A stretch of 63,874 bases of DNA, counting the filler, from Sandaracinaceae bacterium (GTDB lineage: Bacteria > Myxococcota_A > Polyangia > Polyangiales > JADJQN01), in NCBI GenBank assembly GCA_947483975.1. It is 6 parts of 6 records of this genome, joined end to end, with 100 filler letters (N's around TTAATTAATTAA, not from the genome) between each part and the next. Parts side by side here need not be neighbours in the genome. Positions count along the whole stretch, not along the records: positions 11,122 to 22,029 come from CANKOL010000156.1; positions 22,130 to 33,008 come from CANKOL010000157.1; 4 more parts are not named here. One strand, 5' to 3'. This document shows, one piece after another, positions 20,770-30,700 of the stretch. Each line of letters starts with the position of its first letter. Within the stretch, counting starts at the first letter, position 1. The notes under the pieces are model-generated. The model did not search any database, was not told where the DNA came from, and worked only from the letters and a program-made list of their open reading frames with translations. A program made the position numbers and the translations under genes.

Positions 20770-21576
20770 TCATCGGACGCGCACGGCGGCTTCGCGGAAG
20801 TCGTTCGTGCCCGGCGAGTGCACCCAGAGCTTGCGGTCGGCGAGCGCCCCCGCGACGACGCTGACCACGAGAAACGCGCACGGCCACATCAGCGTGCGCT
20901 CGCTCGCGAACGTCGCGGCGTCCTCGGCGGAGAAGTGCGCGCCCGCGTCGCAGTGCGAGTGATAGATGACCTTGATCGGGCGGCCGCTCGCCTCGCCGGC
21001 GTCGAACGCACGCCCGGCGCGCAGCGCGTTGATCTGGAAGTACTCGCGGCTCGTGCGCGGGAAGCGCTCAGGGTCGAGCGCGTGGTACTCGTCGGCCTCG
21101 TTCCGCTCGCGCGCGCAGCGGTCGGCGAGGGCAGGCTCGGCCGCCGGGCCCGACAGAAAACCGCACGCCTCGCTCGGATACTCCGCGAGCGCGTGCGCCT
21201 CCGCGTCGGCGAGCGCGTCCGCGGTGAGCACGAGGGCGCCCGCGAGCCAGGGGCGCGGGTCGTCGAGTCGCAGCCCGCGCGGCCAAGTGCCGGGTACGCC
21301 GAGGCCCGTCGCGGCTTTGATCGTCTCGACCGCGGCGAACGCGCCGAGCAGCGCGCGCGCGGCGTCCGCGAGGTGCGGGTCAGTCACGAGGTCTTCGGGC
21401 GACGCGCCTGCGTCGGAGGTCGCGGCGCCGTCCTCGTCGAACGTCACGCCCGCCCGCTCGAGGTAATCGCGCGTAGTGACATCGTGGGGCGTGCGCAGGC
21501 GAGCCCCGACCAGCGTCTGCTGCGCAGGCACCCCGAGCACCTGCACCTGCCGCACGTGGAGGCGCGGATCACTCAC
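20770..21576 (-). CDS. JAB/MPN metalloprotease (Mec-like) with degenerate ThiF-like N-terminal extension
   Basis: YPSEACG and IYHSHCDAGAHFSAED JAMM motif; N-terminal RQVQVLGVPAQQTL...YLERAGV...GAFAAVETIK; GTG 21576 overlaps upstream TGA. Confidence 0.82.
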   Translation of the reverse strand: MSDPRLHVRQVQVLGVPAQQTLVGARLRTPHDVTTRDYLERAGVTFDEDGAATSDAGASPEDLVTDPHLADAARALLGAFAAVETIKAATGLGVPGTWPRGLRLDDPRPWLAGALVLTADALADAEAHALAEYPSEACGFLSGPAAEPALADRCARERNEADEYHALDPERFPRTSREYFQINALRAGRAFDAGEASGRPIKVIYHSHCDAGAHFSAEDAATFASERTLMWPCAFLVVSVVAGALADRKLWVHSPGTNDFREAAVRVR

Positions 21577-21851
21577 GTCGCGCCACCCGCGATCGCGGGC
21601 ACGATGGATAGCAACTGCCCATCGGCGACCTTCGTGTCGAGGTTGTCGAGGAAGCGGATGTCCTCCTCGCCCGCGTAGAGGTTTACGAAGCGGCGCACGC
21701 CCTTCGCGTCGCAGAGGCGCTCCCACAGGCCGGGGTAGGTGCGGTCGAGCGCGGCGAGGATCTCGCGGACGCTGCCCGGTGCGGCCTCTACCTCGTCTTT
21801 GCCGAGCGTGAGCGCGCGGAGCGGCGTGGGGATGCGAACGGTGACGGCCAT
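21573..21851 (-). CDS. Ubiquitin-like sulfur carrier (MoaD/ThiS/CysO family)
   Basis: MAVTVRIPTPLR...RRFVNLY..EEDIRFL...IVPAIAGG-AT. Confidence 0.93.
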   Translation of the reverse strand: MAVTVRIPTPLRALTLGKDEVEAAPGSVREILAALDRTYPGLWERLCDAKGVRRFVNLYAGEEDIRFLDNLDTKVADGQLLSIVPAIAGGAT

Positions 21852-21915
21852 CGGGTTCTCCTGTGCGGTGAGGGCGGAGCGTACAGAGCGTGCGGTGGAG
21901 TCAGTCGGAGAGGCG

Positions 21916-22029
21916 TCAGCCGCAGTCCGGCGCCGCGTAGGACTCGGCCACGAGGCGGGTGATCGCGCCGGTGCAGAGCGCGCAATCGGAGCGACGCCTG
22001 ACGGTGCTGCGGCGCACCTCGCCGCGAAG
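21916..22029 (-). CDS. C-terminal fragment of ThiF/MoeB (E1-like) protein
   Basis: Manual translation LRGEVRRSTVRRRSDCALCTGAITRLVAESYAAPDCG*; RRxDCxxC is typical of the MoeB Zn site; next to the Ubl gene. Confidence 0.6.
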   Translation of the reverse strand, partial: LRGEVRRSTVRRRSDCALCTGAITRLVAESYAAPDCG

Positions 22030-22129
22030 NNNNNNNNNNNNNNNNNNNNNNNNNNNNNNNNNNNNNNNNNNNNTTAATTAATTAANNNNNNNNNNNNNNN
22101 NNNNNNNNNNNNNNNNNNNNNNNNNNNNN
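22030..22129. other. Artificial contig linker
   Basis: N44-TTAATTAATTAA-N44. Confidence 0.98.
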
Positions 22130-22656
22130 AGCTCGTCCGCGAGCTCCACCCGAAGTCCCGCGCCCCCCGCAGCGCTCTCCGCGAGGATGTCGATCACATG
22201 CTCCGGGACGTCGAGTCGCAGCCGCCCATGCGCGGGCACGTTGACGCGCAGTCGCACATCGGCGCGATCGAGATCGAGCGCTCTCTCGACCTCGACTCGC
22301 TCGTGGTCCGCGTCTCCCGCGAACGTCGCCCCCAGCCGATACGCCCCGACAGGCAGCGCAAACTCGGCGCGCAGCTGGCCGGTCTCGTCGGTGCGCACGG
22401 TGCGCCGCTCCCCGCGCACACCATCCGTTGACTGCGCGTGCAGAGTCACCTCGCGATCTGCGAGTTGCTCCCCGAGATCGTCTCGAAGCACGCCGATCAC
22501 GATCACGCGACCCGCCTCGCGCTCGGTTCGCAGCTCGATGCGGCTCTCCGCGCGGACGCGCACGCTGAGCTGCGCGCTCGCGCGGCTCGTCAGGGACGGC
22601 ATCGAGGCTGCGGAAAGCACGCACGCCGCCGTTGCAGCCAGGGCCCGGAGTGTCAT
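22130..22656 (-). CDS. Exported Ig-like/carboxypeptidase-regulatory-like protein (truncated)
   Basis: Signal peptide MTLRALAATAAC...; GVLRDDLGE...TVRTDETG...YRLGATFAGD. Confidence 0.6.
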
Positions 22657-22873
22657 CGCGAGACGCAAGGAACCCAGGCTGCCGCCCCTCGTCCGGATAC
22701 GCAAGGCAGTGTCCGTTGCGTTGGCTCGCCGCTTGGGGCGATACTCCGGCGCGGCGCTGCGGCGGTTGAACAAGTCGGTGACGCCACCGTCGAAGAGCCG
22801 ACCCCCGAAATCACGCTGTACCAGTGTAGCGTCGAGCGGAGCAGCCGTATGGAAGTCGAAGGAGCGCACGCGG

Positions 22874-23884
22874 ATGACGGCAGAGCGCACTAGGCAGCAG
22901 ACAGCTCAGCACCTCGCTGGCCCCGAGAAGACGTCGCCGCGCTCCGCCGACTCCGCTCCGACGTTCCGTCGCGAGGCACGAGAGGCCGAGCGAGCGACGG
23001 CGCGCGGGCGCCTGACGAGGTGGACGGCGGCCGTCGCGCTCGCCTGCGCGCTGCTCGCGGGGGTCGGGCACGCGGCGATCGCGCACGCCGATGCGCGGGC
23101 TGATTATCTCGTCCGCCTCATGTCGACGTCGGACCAGTTCCGCGTTCGCGCGCAGGCTGCGCTCGCGCTCGCGCAGGCTGCCGTGGGCGACGCCAGCATC
23201 ACCGCGGCGCTCGAGCGCGCGCTCCGCGACGATCATCCCGCCGTCCGCGCCGCCGCGGTTTCCTCGCTCCAGGCCCGAGGTGACACCTCCGTGCTCGAGG
23301 CGCTGCGCGCCGCGAAGACCGACCGCGATCCCAGCGTGGCTTCCGCCGCGACGCGCGCCGTGACGGCGCTCGAACGTGTCGCTCGCAGCAACGGAGGCAG
23401 GGGCGGCAGCACGACGGGCCCAGCGCAACCGCCGCCACCGCCGCCGTCCGGACCCGCCCGCTTCTACGTCGGCGTCGCCATTCCCGCGACGACCGCAGGG
23501 CTGAGCCCCGCGGTGCTGACCTCGGCACGCTCATTCATCGTGCAGAACGTCACGCAAATCCCCGGCGTGCAGATCGCGCCGGCGAACGAGTCGAATTCGA
23601 CCGCTCGACGCGTCATCCAGCAGGGGCGCCTCATCGGCTACTACCTCGATGTGTCGATCACGTCCGTGGAAGAGCGCCCCGGCGGTGCGCTGCGTGCCGC
23701 CGTCTCCGTGATCGTCAACACGTATCCGGGCCGAGATATGCGTTCCATCTTGCAGGGTGCGGCGACCGTGTCGGGCGGTGGTGCAGGCGACGGAGCCCGG
23801 CAGCAGGCGATCGAGGCGGCCCTCACAGGGGCGCTCCGACGCCTCCCGCAGGCGCTCGACGCGAGCGCGGGCGGTACGCACTAG
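22874..23884 (+). CDS. Exported HEAT-repeat protein
   Basis: Hydrophobic leader; FRVRAQAALAL, DDHPAVRAAAV, DRDPSVASAA; Pro linker and C-terminal domain; start uncertain. Confidence 0.75.
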   Translation: MTAERTRQQTAQHLAGPEKTSPRSADSAPTFRREAREAERATARGRLTRWTAAVALACALLAGVGHAAIAHADARADYLVRLMSTSDQFRVRAQAALALAQAAVGDASITAALERALRDDHPAVRAAAVSSLQARGDTSVLEALRAAKTDRDPSVASAATRAVTALERVARSNGGRGGSTTGPAQPPPPPPSGPARFYVGVAIPATTAGLSPAVLTSARSFIVQNVTQIPGVQIAPANESNSTARRVIQQGRLIGYYLDVSITSVEERPGGALRAAVSVIVNTYPGRDMRSILQGAATVSGGGAGDGARQQAIEAALTGALRRLPQALDASAGGTH

Positions 23885-23987
23885 CGGCCCTCCGCGTGGG
23901 CGGCGCCGAATGCCGAAATCTTGTAAAGTCGACGCTGGTTTGCCGACAATCGATTCGAATAGTTCGAGAGTACCCGCGGAGACGAAG

Positions 23988-24605
23988 ATGGCGTCACAGG
24001 CTCAATCCCTTCCCAAGAGTGACGCACCCCCGAAGCGTCACCTCCGCAATTACCTTCTCCAGCCTCGCTTTCAGCTGAAGTACACCGGCATGGTCGTCGG
24101 CGTGACGATGATCGTGGCGAGCGTGCTCGGCTACGTCGCCTACGACTACTCGCTGGGCCAGACGGAGGCGCTCTCGATCCAGATGGCGTTCCAGCCCGAC
24201 CTCGATCCCTCCGTGCGGGACGATCTCGACGGATGGGCCAAGGCCAAAGACCGCGAGATCTTGCTCTCGATCGTCGCCGGCATTCTGCTCCTCAGCCTCA
24301 CGCTCGGGGTGACCGGTATTCTGGTCACGCACAAGCTCGTCGGGCCTGCGCACAAGCTGAAGAACCTGCTCGGTCAGGTTCGCGACGGTCACCTCAAGAT
24401 CGCCGGGAAGCTGCGCAAGGGCGATGAACTTCAGGACGTTTTCCTCGCCTTCGAGGCGATGGTCGACGAACTGCGGCGCCGACAGGCAGAGGAGGTCACC
24501 TTGCTCGCGGGGTCGATCGAGCGCGCCAAGGCCGCCGGCACGCCAGAGGACGTCGTCAAAGACCTCATCGGCCTCCACGATCGCATGAAGGCCGAGCTCG
24601 AGTAG
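23988..24605 (+). CDS. Membrane HAMP-domain protein
   Basis: RNYLLQPRFQLKY, two TM helices, THKLVGP...LRKGDELQD. Confidence 0.8.
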   Translation: MASQAQSLPKSDAPPKRHLRNYLLQPRFQLKYTGMVVGVTMIVASVLGYVAYDYSLGQTEALSIQMAFQPDLDPSVRDDLDGWAKAKDREILLSIVAGILLLSLTLGVTGILVTHKLVGPAHKLKNLLGQVRDGHLKIAGKLRKGDELQDVFLAFEAMVDELRRRQAEEVTLLAGSIERAKAAGTPEDVVKDLIGLHDRMKAELE

Positions 24606-24613
24606 GGCGGCCG

Positions 24614-25075
24614 CTAGAATGCGTCTTCGTAGTACTCGAGACGCGGCGCAGGGCCGTCGAACACGACGGCGGCCACATCGAGGCGTACATCGACGCCGCG
24701 AAGCTTCGAGCTGACGAGCCAGATCGTCGCAGCGCGGCGAACGCGCTCGAGCTTGCGCCGATCGAGCGATTCGGCCGGCGCCATGAAGCGATCGCTCCGC
24801 CGCGCGCGAACCTCGCACACGACGATGAGCGAGCCACGGCGCGCGATCAGGTCGATCTCCAGGCGCCCGACGCGCACGTTGCGGCCCACGAGCGTGAAGC
24901 CCCGACGCTCGAGTTCGCCCGCGACGAAGGACTCCGCCTCCCGTCCGAGTGCGTGTCGTCCACCCGTCTTGTCGCCCCGCGCGGGAACGGCTGGCACCCC
25001 GTCGACGGCTGAATTGGCGACGCCCCGTGACGCGGAGGCGTCGCCGGGGCGCGTTGTGCGATCTCGTGAGTTCAC
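24614..25075 (-). CDS. yraN: YraN/UPF0102 protein
   Basis: LGREAE...RNVRVGRLEIDLIA...EVRAR...RLDVAAV...YYEDAF; start uncertain. Confidence 0.88.
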   Translation of the reverse strand: MNSRDRTTRPGDASASRGVANSAVDGVPAVPARGDKTGGRHALGREAESFVAGELERRGFTLVGRNVRVGRLEIDLIARRGSLIVVCEVRARRSDRFMAPAESLDRRKLERVRRAATIWLVSSKLRGVDVRLDVAAVVFDGPAPRLEYYEDAF

Positions 25076-25098
25076 GCGATCCCGTCAGCGCAGCGCGC

Positions 25099-25512
25099 TC
25101 ACTTCGGTTTGACGCAGTAGCTACCGACGATACCTACGCCGCCGCTCGACAGGACTTGCTTGCACTCGAAGCCGTCCGGGCACGCACAGAAGTCGGCGGC
25201 GCCGGCAGGGCCGTCGCAACGACACGTGCAGTAGACGCTGTTGTCGACGTCCGCTTGCGTGACGCAGCCGGCAGTCGGATCCACGTCGCAGAGCCGCGTG
25301 GGGTCCCCTTGTAGGTCGTTGACGATGCAGACGCGCGTGCGGCACTGAACCGAGCTCGTCTCGAGGTAGGCCTCGCCACTGAGGAAGCCACCGGGCGGGA
25401 CGTTCTCCGGCGTGCAGGGGTCGCCAACGGCCTCGACCTGGCAGCCGACCGCAGTCAGCGCCGCGAGTGCGATGGCGAGGACCGTCAGGGACTGCGAGAG
25501 AGAGCGGTTCAT
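25099..25512 (-). CDS. cglC: Cys-rich gliding lipoprotein, CglC-like
   Basis: Lipobox AVGC; VGDPC, QCRTRVC, YCTCRC, CPDGFEC, YCVK; divergent from glt genes. Confidence 0.7.
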   Translation of the reverse strand: MNRSLSQSLTVLAIALAALTAVGCQVEAVGDPCTPENVPPGGFLSGEAYLETSSVQCRTRVCIVNDLQGDPTRLCDVDPTAGCVTQADVDNSVYCTCRCDGPAGAADFCACPDGFECKQVLSSGGVGIVGSYCVKPK

Positions 25513-25686
25513 CTTCGTCATCTCCATATGCGCTGAGACAGCCGCGCTGAGCCAGTATTGTCGTGAACCTAGACCGAGCGTCCGGCCCAAGGCCCCTGCG
25601 TCGCAGGGAGCCTTGCGGCGATGGCTCATTGCATGTCGTCGCCGAGACGCGGAGTTTCCGACGACCCGACGGCGAAAGCGCTCGCC

Positions 25687-25716
25687 AAGCTACGTTGGGG
25701 GCGGGTCGAGTGTCAA
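25687..25716 (-). promoter_or_regulatory. Sigma70-type promoter for cglC
   Basis: Minus strand TTGACA-N18-TAGCTT. Confidence 0.55.
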
Positions 25717-25753
25717 GCGCGGATGCGAGCATCGAGCCCCGCCCTGTTTTCCC

Positions 25754-25783
25754 TTGACATTGCCGGACCAGCCTCTCTATCAT
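25754..25783 (+). promoter_or_regulatory. Sigma70-type promoter for gltC-D-E
   Basis: TTGACA-N18-TATCAT, back-to-back with the cglC promoter. Confidence 0.65.
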
Positions 25784-25880
25784 CGGCCCCTCTTACCGTC
25801 TAACGCTCTGATATTCCTTAGATTTTCGGCGCAGCAGGCGCAAACGGTGCCCAGCGGTGGACATCCTTGCGTTACCGCTC

Positions 25881-26060
25881 GCCAGCAGCGAGCAACTTAC
25901 CCAGCAACGTGCTGGGCCAGCAGCCAGCCACTTGCCCAGCAAAATACTGGGCCTGCCAGCAGCGTACGCCCCTCAGTGGAGGATGCCGATGAGTCGGATC
26001 GCCGGAAACAAGAACGTCGTGTGGCTCTCTTCCGTGGCAATGCCCAGCAAAACGCTGGGC
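25881..26060 (+). repeat. 35-bp tandem duplication with CCCAGC-N5-(G/A)CTGGG palindromes, three copies
   Basis: 25881-25915 vs 25916-25950 match 29/35; palindromes at 25900-25916, 25935-25951, 26043-26059. Confidence 0.75.
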
Positions 26061-27689
26061 TGCGTGCTTGCGCTCGCGCTTGCCGCGGTCTCAGTTCCTG
26101 CGTCCGCGCAGGACATGACGTTCAGCGTCGATGAGACGGGCCAGCCGCCCGCGCCGCCTGCCGAGGGGCCGCCGTCGGAGGCGCTCGCAAATGCGCTGCG
26201 TCTCTATCAGCAGGAGAAGTACCAAGAGGGCGCGGTGCAGTTCCAGCGCGTCGTCGAGGGCGAAACCCAGGACGCGCCGGCGAACGTGCAGAAGGCGCAG
26301 TTCTTCCTCGGCAAGTGCCTCTACCACCTGCGCTACTACCAGAGCGCGCTCGCCGTCTTCGACGAGATCGGCCAGCAGGGGCAGGCGCACAACTTCTTCG
26401 GCCAGACTCTCCAGTGGCTCGCGCAGCTCGCCTCGCAGCTGCCTGAGCCGGCGGGGATCATCGAGAAGGTCGGCCGCTACGGCGTCGATCAGCTCGAGCA
26501 GTTCAACAACCCCGAGAGCGCTGAGCTGTACAACCAGCTCCTGTATCTGATGGGCCGCTTCAAGTACTCGCAGGGCGAGTTCGATGAGGCGGTCACGCTC
26601 TTCCAGAAGGTCGACGCGCACTCCAAGTTCATCATTCCTGCGAAGTTCTTCGAGGGAATCACCCACGTTCGCATGCGTCGCGCGCAGCCTGCGATTCGGT
26701 CCTTCCGTGGCATCATCGAGGCCGTCGACGCTGGTGGCGTCGAGGGCATCGAGGACGAAGAACGCCTCGTCGATCTCGCGTGGCTCTCCCTGGCCCGCGT
26801 CTACTACACCGCCGCGAACCGCGTGAACGCCGAGACCGGCGAGCGTCAGGTAGACGGTCGTCTCCTCGGCAACGCCGTCGAGGCTTGGAACCGTGTGCCG
26901 CAAGGCTCGGAGTACTGGCTCGACGCGCTCTTCGAGGAGTCGTGGGCGTTCTTCCTGGCCGACGAGTACTCGCGCGCGCTCGGCAACGTGCACACGCTCT
27001 TCTCCCCGTACTTCGACCGCGCGTACTACCCCGAGGCGCTCGTCCTCAAGGCCGTCGTCTTCTTCTCGAACTGCCAGATGGACAACGCCGAGGCGATGAT
27101 CGGCCAGTTCCACGAGCGCTACGATCCCGTCAAGACGGAGCTCGAGACCACGCTCGCGCAGTTCACCGACAACAACGCGTTCTACGAATTCTTGCAGCGG
27201 GTGCGCTCGGGCCAGGCGAACCTCAGCCCCCGTATCCGCGGCATCGTGTCGTCGGCGCTCTCGGACCGCACCGTCCTCCGTAACCTCGAGTACGTTCGAG
27301 TCCTCGACGAAGAGGACCAGCGCCTCACCGCGTCTCCGCAGGCGTTCTCGAACTCCTCGCTCGGCATTCGCATCCGCCAGGACATCGCGATCGCCAAGGC
27401 GTTCGCGATCGACCAGACCGGCGACCTCGCGCGCGGCCGCTACAATCGGCTCGTCGAGGAGCTGCAGGACCTGCAGAACCAGGCGGACACGATCGAACTC
27501 GAGATCGCGACCTTCACTCGCGGCGAGCTCGAGCAGGACGCCCAGCAGCAGATGACTGAAGCCGCGCGCTCGGGCGGCGGTAACGTCGAGATCGACGAAG
27601 AGCACCAGATGTGGCCCTTCGACGGCGAGTACTGGCGCGACGAGCTCGGCTTCTATCGTCAGCAGGTCACGTCTCAGTGCGGCCGCTAA
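25989..27689 (+). CDS. gltC: Gliding motility TPR protein, GltC/NfsC-like
   Basis: Signal peptide, TPRs, YWLDALFEESWAFF, C-terminal WPFDGEYWRDELGFYR...C signature; start 25989 (GGAGG) or 26040. Confidence 0.78.
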   Translation: MSRIAGNKNVVWLSSVAMPSKTLGCVLALALAAVSVPASAQDMTFSVDETGQPPAPPAEGPPSEALANALRLYQQEKYQEGAVQFQRVVEGETQDAPANVQKAQFFLGKCLYHLRYYQSALAVFDEIGQQGQAHNFFGQTLQWLAQLASQLPEPAGIIEKVGRYGVDQLEQFNNPESAELYNQLLYLMGRFKYSQGEFDEAVTLFQKVDAHSKFIIPAKFFEGITHVRMRRAQPAIRSFRGIIEAVDAGGVEGIEDEERLVDLAWLSLARVYYTAANRVNAETGERQVDGRLLGNAVEAWNRVPQGSEYWLDALFEESWAFFLADEYSRALGNVHTLFSPYFDRAYYPEALVLKAVVFFSNCQMDNAEAMIGQFHERYDPVKTELETTLAQFTDNNAFYEFLQRVRSGQANLSPRIRGIVSSALSDRTVLRNLEYVRVLDEEDQRLTASPQAFSNSSLGIRIRQDIAIAKAFAIDQTGDLARGRYNRLVEELQDLQNQADTIELEIATFTRGELEQDAQQQMTEAARSGGGNVEIDEEHQMWPFDGEYWRDELGFYRQQVTSQCGR

Positions 27690-27795
27690 TCAGCGGACTG
27701 ACATTTAGACCCTGATCTTCGCAGCACCCTATTGATCAAGCTCTGCAATCCCTGATTCTCTCTCGTTCGGCTGACCGCGGTCGGAGGGTACTGTG

Positions 27796-30700
27796 ATGTC
27801 TCGTATGCCCATGCGTCGGATGCGCCTCGTCGGGCTGGTGGTCGTTTCGATGGTCGCGGCCGCCGTTCCTGTGCTCGTTGGAGCGCAGGACGGCGCAGGA
27901 ACTGCCACGGCGGCGCCCGCCGTCGCGGTAGCGGCTTCGCCGACTTACTGCATTTCACCCGGCGTGCCGGAGGCGCTCGCCGCGTGTCCGAGCAACGCGC
28001 CGCGCGCGACGAAGTCGGGCGGGACGGCACCAAGCTCGCATCTCACGACGAGCAAGCGGCGCGTCGAGGAGAAGAAGCAAGCGCCGACCGGCCCCAGCTT
28101 CGAGATCGACGTGACGAGCGCGACAGGCCGCGCCGCTGAGATCCGCCAGCGCGGCGAGCAGCTGCTCCGCCGCGAGATTCAGCTGACCGAGCGTCTCGTG
28201 CACAACACGCGCACGAACGACCCTCGCCGTCCGGACATCCTGCTGCGGCTCGCCGAGTCGTACTTCGAGCTGCAGCAGACGCTGACGGCTCAGGTTCGTG
28301 GCTTCGACGATCCGATCTTCCAAGCCTGCACCCAGCAGAAGAACGCCAACAACTGTCGCCAGCAGCGGCAGGCGCAGACGGCGGCTGAGGAGTCGCTCAA
28401 GGGCGCGCGCGAGAACGCGATTCGCACGTATGCGACGCTCGTCCAGGACCACCCGAACTACCGTCGCATGGACGAAGTCCTCTTCTCGCTGGGCTTCGCC
28501 CTCGAGGAGATGAGGCAGTTCGACCGCGCCCGTCAGGTGTATTTCCGCCTGATCAAGGGGTTCCCGCAGTCGAAGTTCATCCCGAACGCCTACCTCTCGT
28601 TCGCCGAGTATTTCTTCGGCGAGGGCGAGATGGACAACGCGCTCCAGTTCTACCAGAAGGTCACCGAGATCCCACCGGACCGAAACCCGGTCTACGGCTA
28701 CGCGATCTACAAGCAGGCGTGGGTCCTCTACAACAAGGAGGACTTCCGCGGTGCGCTTCAGAAGTTCGTCGAGACCATCGAGTTCGCAGTGGCGAATCCC
28801 GAGGCTCGCGACGTCGAGAACCTAGCGCGGCAGGCCCGACGCGAGCTCATCTTGCCGTATGCGCAAGTGGGCAATCCCGCGCGCGCGCTCGAGTTCTTCC
28901 GCAGATACGCCACGAACGAAGAGATGGCGCAGGGGATGTTCGAATCCCTGGGTGACCTCTACTTCGACACGGGTCAGTGGAACAACGCGATCAGCATCTT
29001 CCACGACCTGATGGCGGCGTCGCCCGCGAGCAACAAACTCTGCTACTGGCAGGGGCGCGTCACCAACGCGATCATCTCTTCGAAGCCGAAGGCCGACCAG
29101 ACGCGCGAAGTCCAGCGCATGGTCGACCTCTACGACACCTTTACCGCCACCGGGAATTCCCACACTCCCGAGTCGGTGACCGCGTGCAAGCAGACGACCG
29201 CTTCGATTCTCGTCGAACTCTCGACTGCCTGGCATCGGGAGGCCATCGGTACCGAGAACCAGCCTGGAACGAACGATCACGCCACGATGGGGCTCGCCAC
29301 GCAGCTGTATAAGCTCGTGCTCGACAAGTTCCCTGACATGGAGACGATGCAGTTCCCGGACATCGACCACCGCGATTGGCCGACGAACTACCGGGTCTCC
29401 TATTTCTACGCTGAGCTGCTTTGGAAGATGGAGGATTGGCCGAACTGCGGCCCCGCCTTCGACCGAGTCGTCGAGCTGAACCCCGGAGGCGAATTCACCT
29501 CCGACGCGGCCTACGCGGCGGTGCTCTGTTACAACAACCTGTACCAGCAGCAGTATGCTGGGCAGGAGCGGCAGTCGCGTCACGCAGTGGCTCCGCGTCC
29601 TGGCGCAGCCGCCACGCCCGCCGCAGGCGCCCGTCGAGGCGGGCGGCGCGGGGCGGCCGAAGAGGCCCCCGTGGACCCGAACGCAGAGTTCCGGCCGCGT
29701 GAGTTCACGGCGCAGGAGCAGGGGATGATCGCGGCCTTCAGGCGCTTCATCTGCTTCGTGCAGGACAGCGAAGAGTTGCCGACGGTGAAGTACCGGCTGT
29801 CGCGCATCTACTACGAGGCCAATCACTACGAGGAAGCGGCCATCCTCTTCAAGGACATCGCGTGGAATCACCGCGAGACTGACCTTGCTGAGTACGCGGC
29901 GAACCTCTATCTCGATTCGCTCAACGTGCTTGGCACGAACAGCACCCCCGCGCGTCCCGCGTGCTTCGACACGATGGAGACGGACGTCGAGGCGCTGAAG
30001 GGCTTCTACTGCGACACGCAGGAGCACAAGGATCGCTACGCCGAGCTGTGCCGCGTCGTCAACACGCTGCGCTGCGATATCAAGCGGAAGAAGGCTGAGG
30101 CGCTCCAGGCGAACCATCAGTTCAAGGATGCCGCTCGCGCCTACGTCGACATCTATCGTCAGTGTCAGGCGGACGCTGCGACAAATGAGCGTCTTCCCGA
30201 GGTGCTCTACAACGCGGCCATCAACTACGAGGCTGCGCGCCTCGTGGGTCGCGCAATCCGAGTCCGTAAGCTCTTGGTCGAGCGTCATCCGACGACGGAA
30301 CTCGGCAAGAAGGCGCTGTATCTTCTCGGCGCCAACTACCACGCGCTCGCCATCTACTCGAGCGCGGCGGACTACTACGAGCAGTTTGCCAAGGCTTTCC
30401 CCGGCGAAGACGGCTCGCACTGCACCGACCAAGATCGCGCGACGGGCACCTGCGCCAACGCGGTCGAGGCGCTGCAGAACGCCGTGTTCTTCCGCTTGGG
30501 CTTGGGCGAGACGGACAAGGCGATCGAGGACGCGCAGCTGTTCGCCCGTAACTACCGCACGGGGCGCTCCGCCCGACCGCGCGAGGTCGCGCAGGTCATG
30601 TTCTCGATCGGCACCGTGTACGAGAACCAGCGAAACTGGTCCAAGACGGTCGATCACTACCGGACGTGGTTGCGCACCTACGGTCGCGCGGCGCCTCCGC

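Noticed and set aside
21573..21851. Ubl/JAB/E1 as an antiphage ubiquitination system (Bil/CBASS-like)
   Set aside because: No E2 or CD-NTase is visible; the carrier is a classic CysO/MoaD type and sits beside a sulfur transferase.
18824..25075. rplS-yraN synteny
   Set aside because: The genes are on different contigs.
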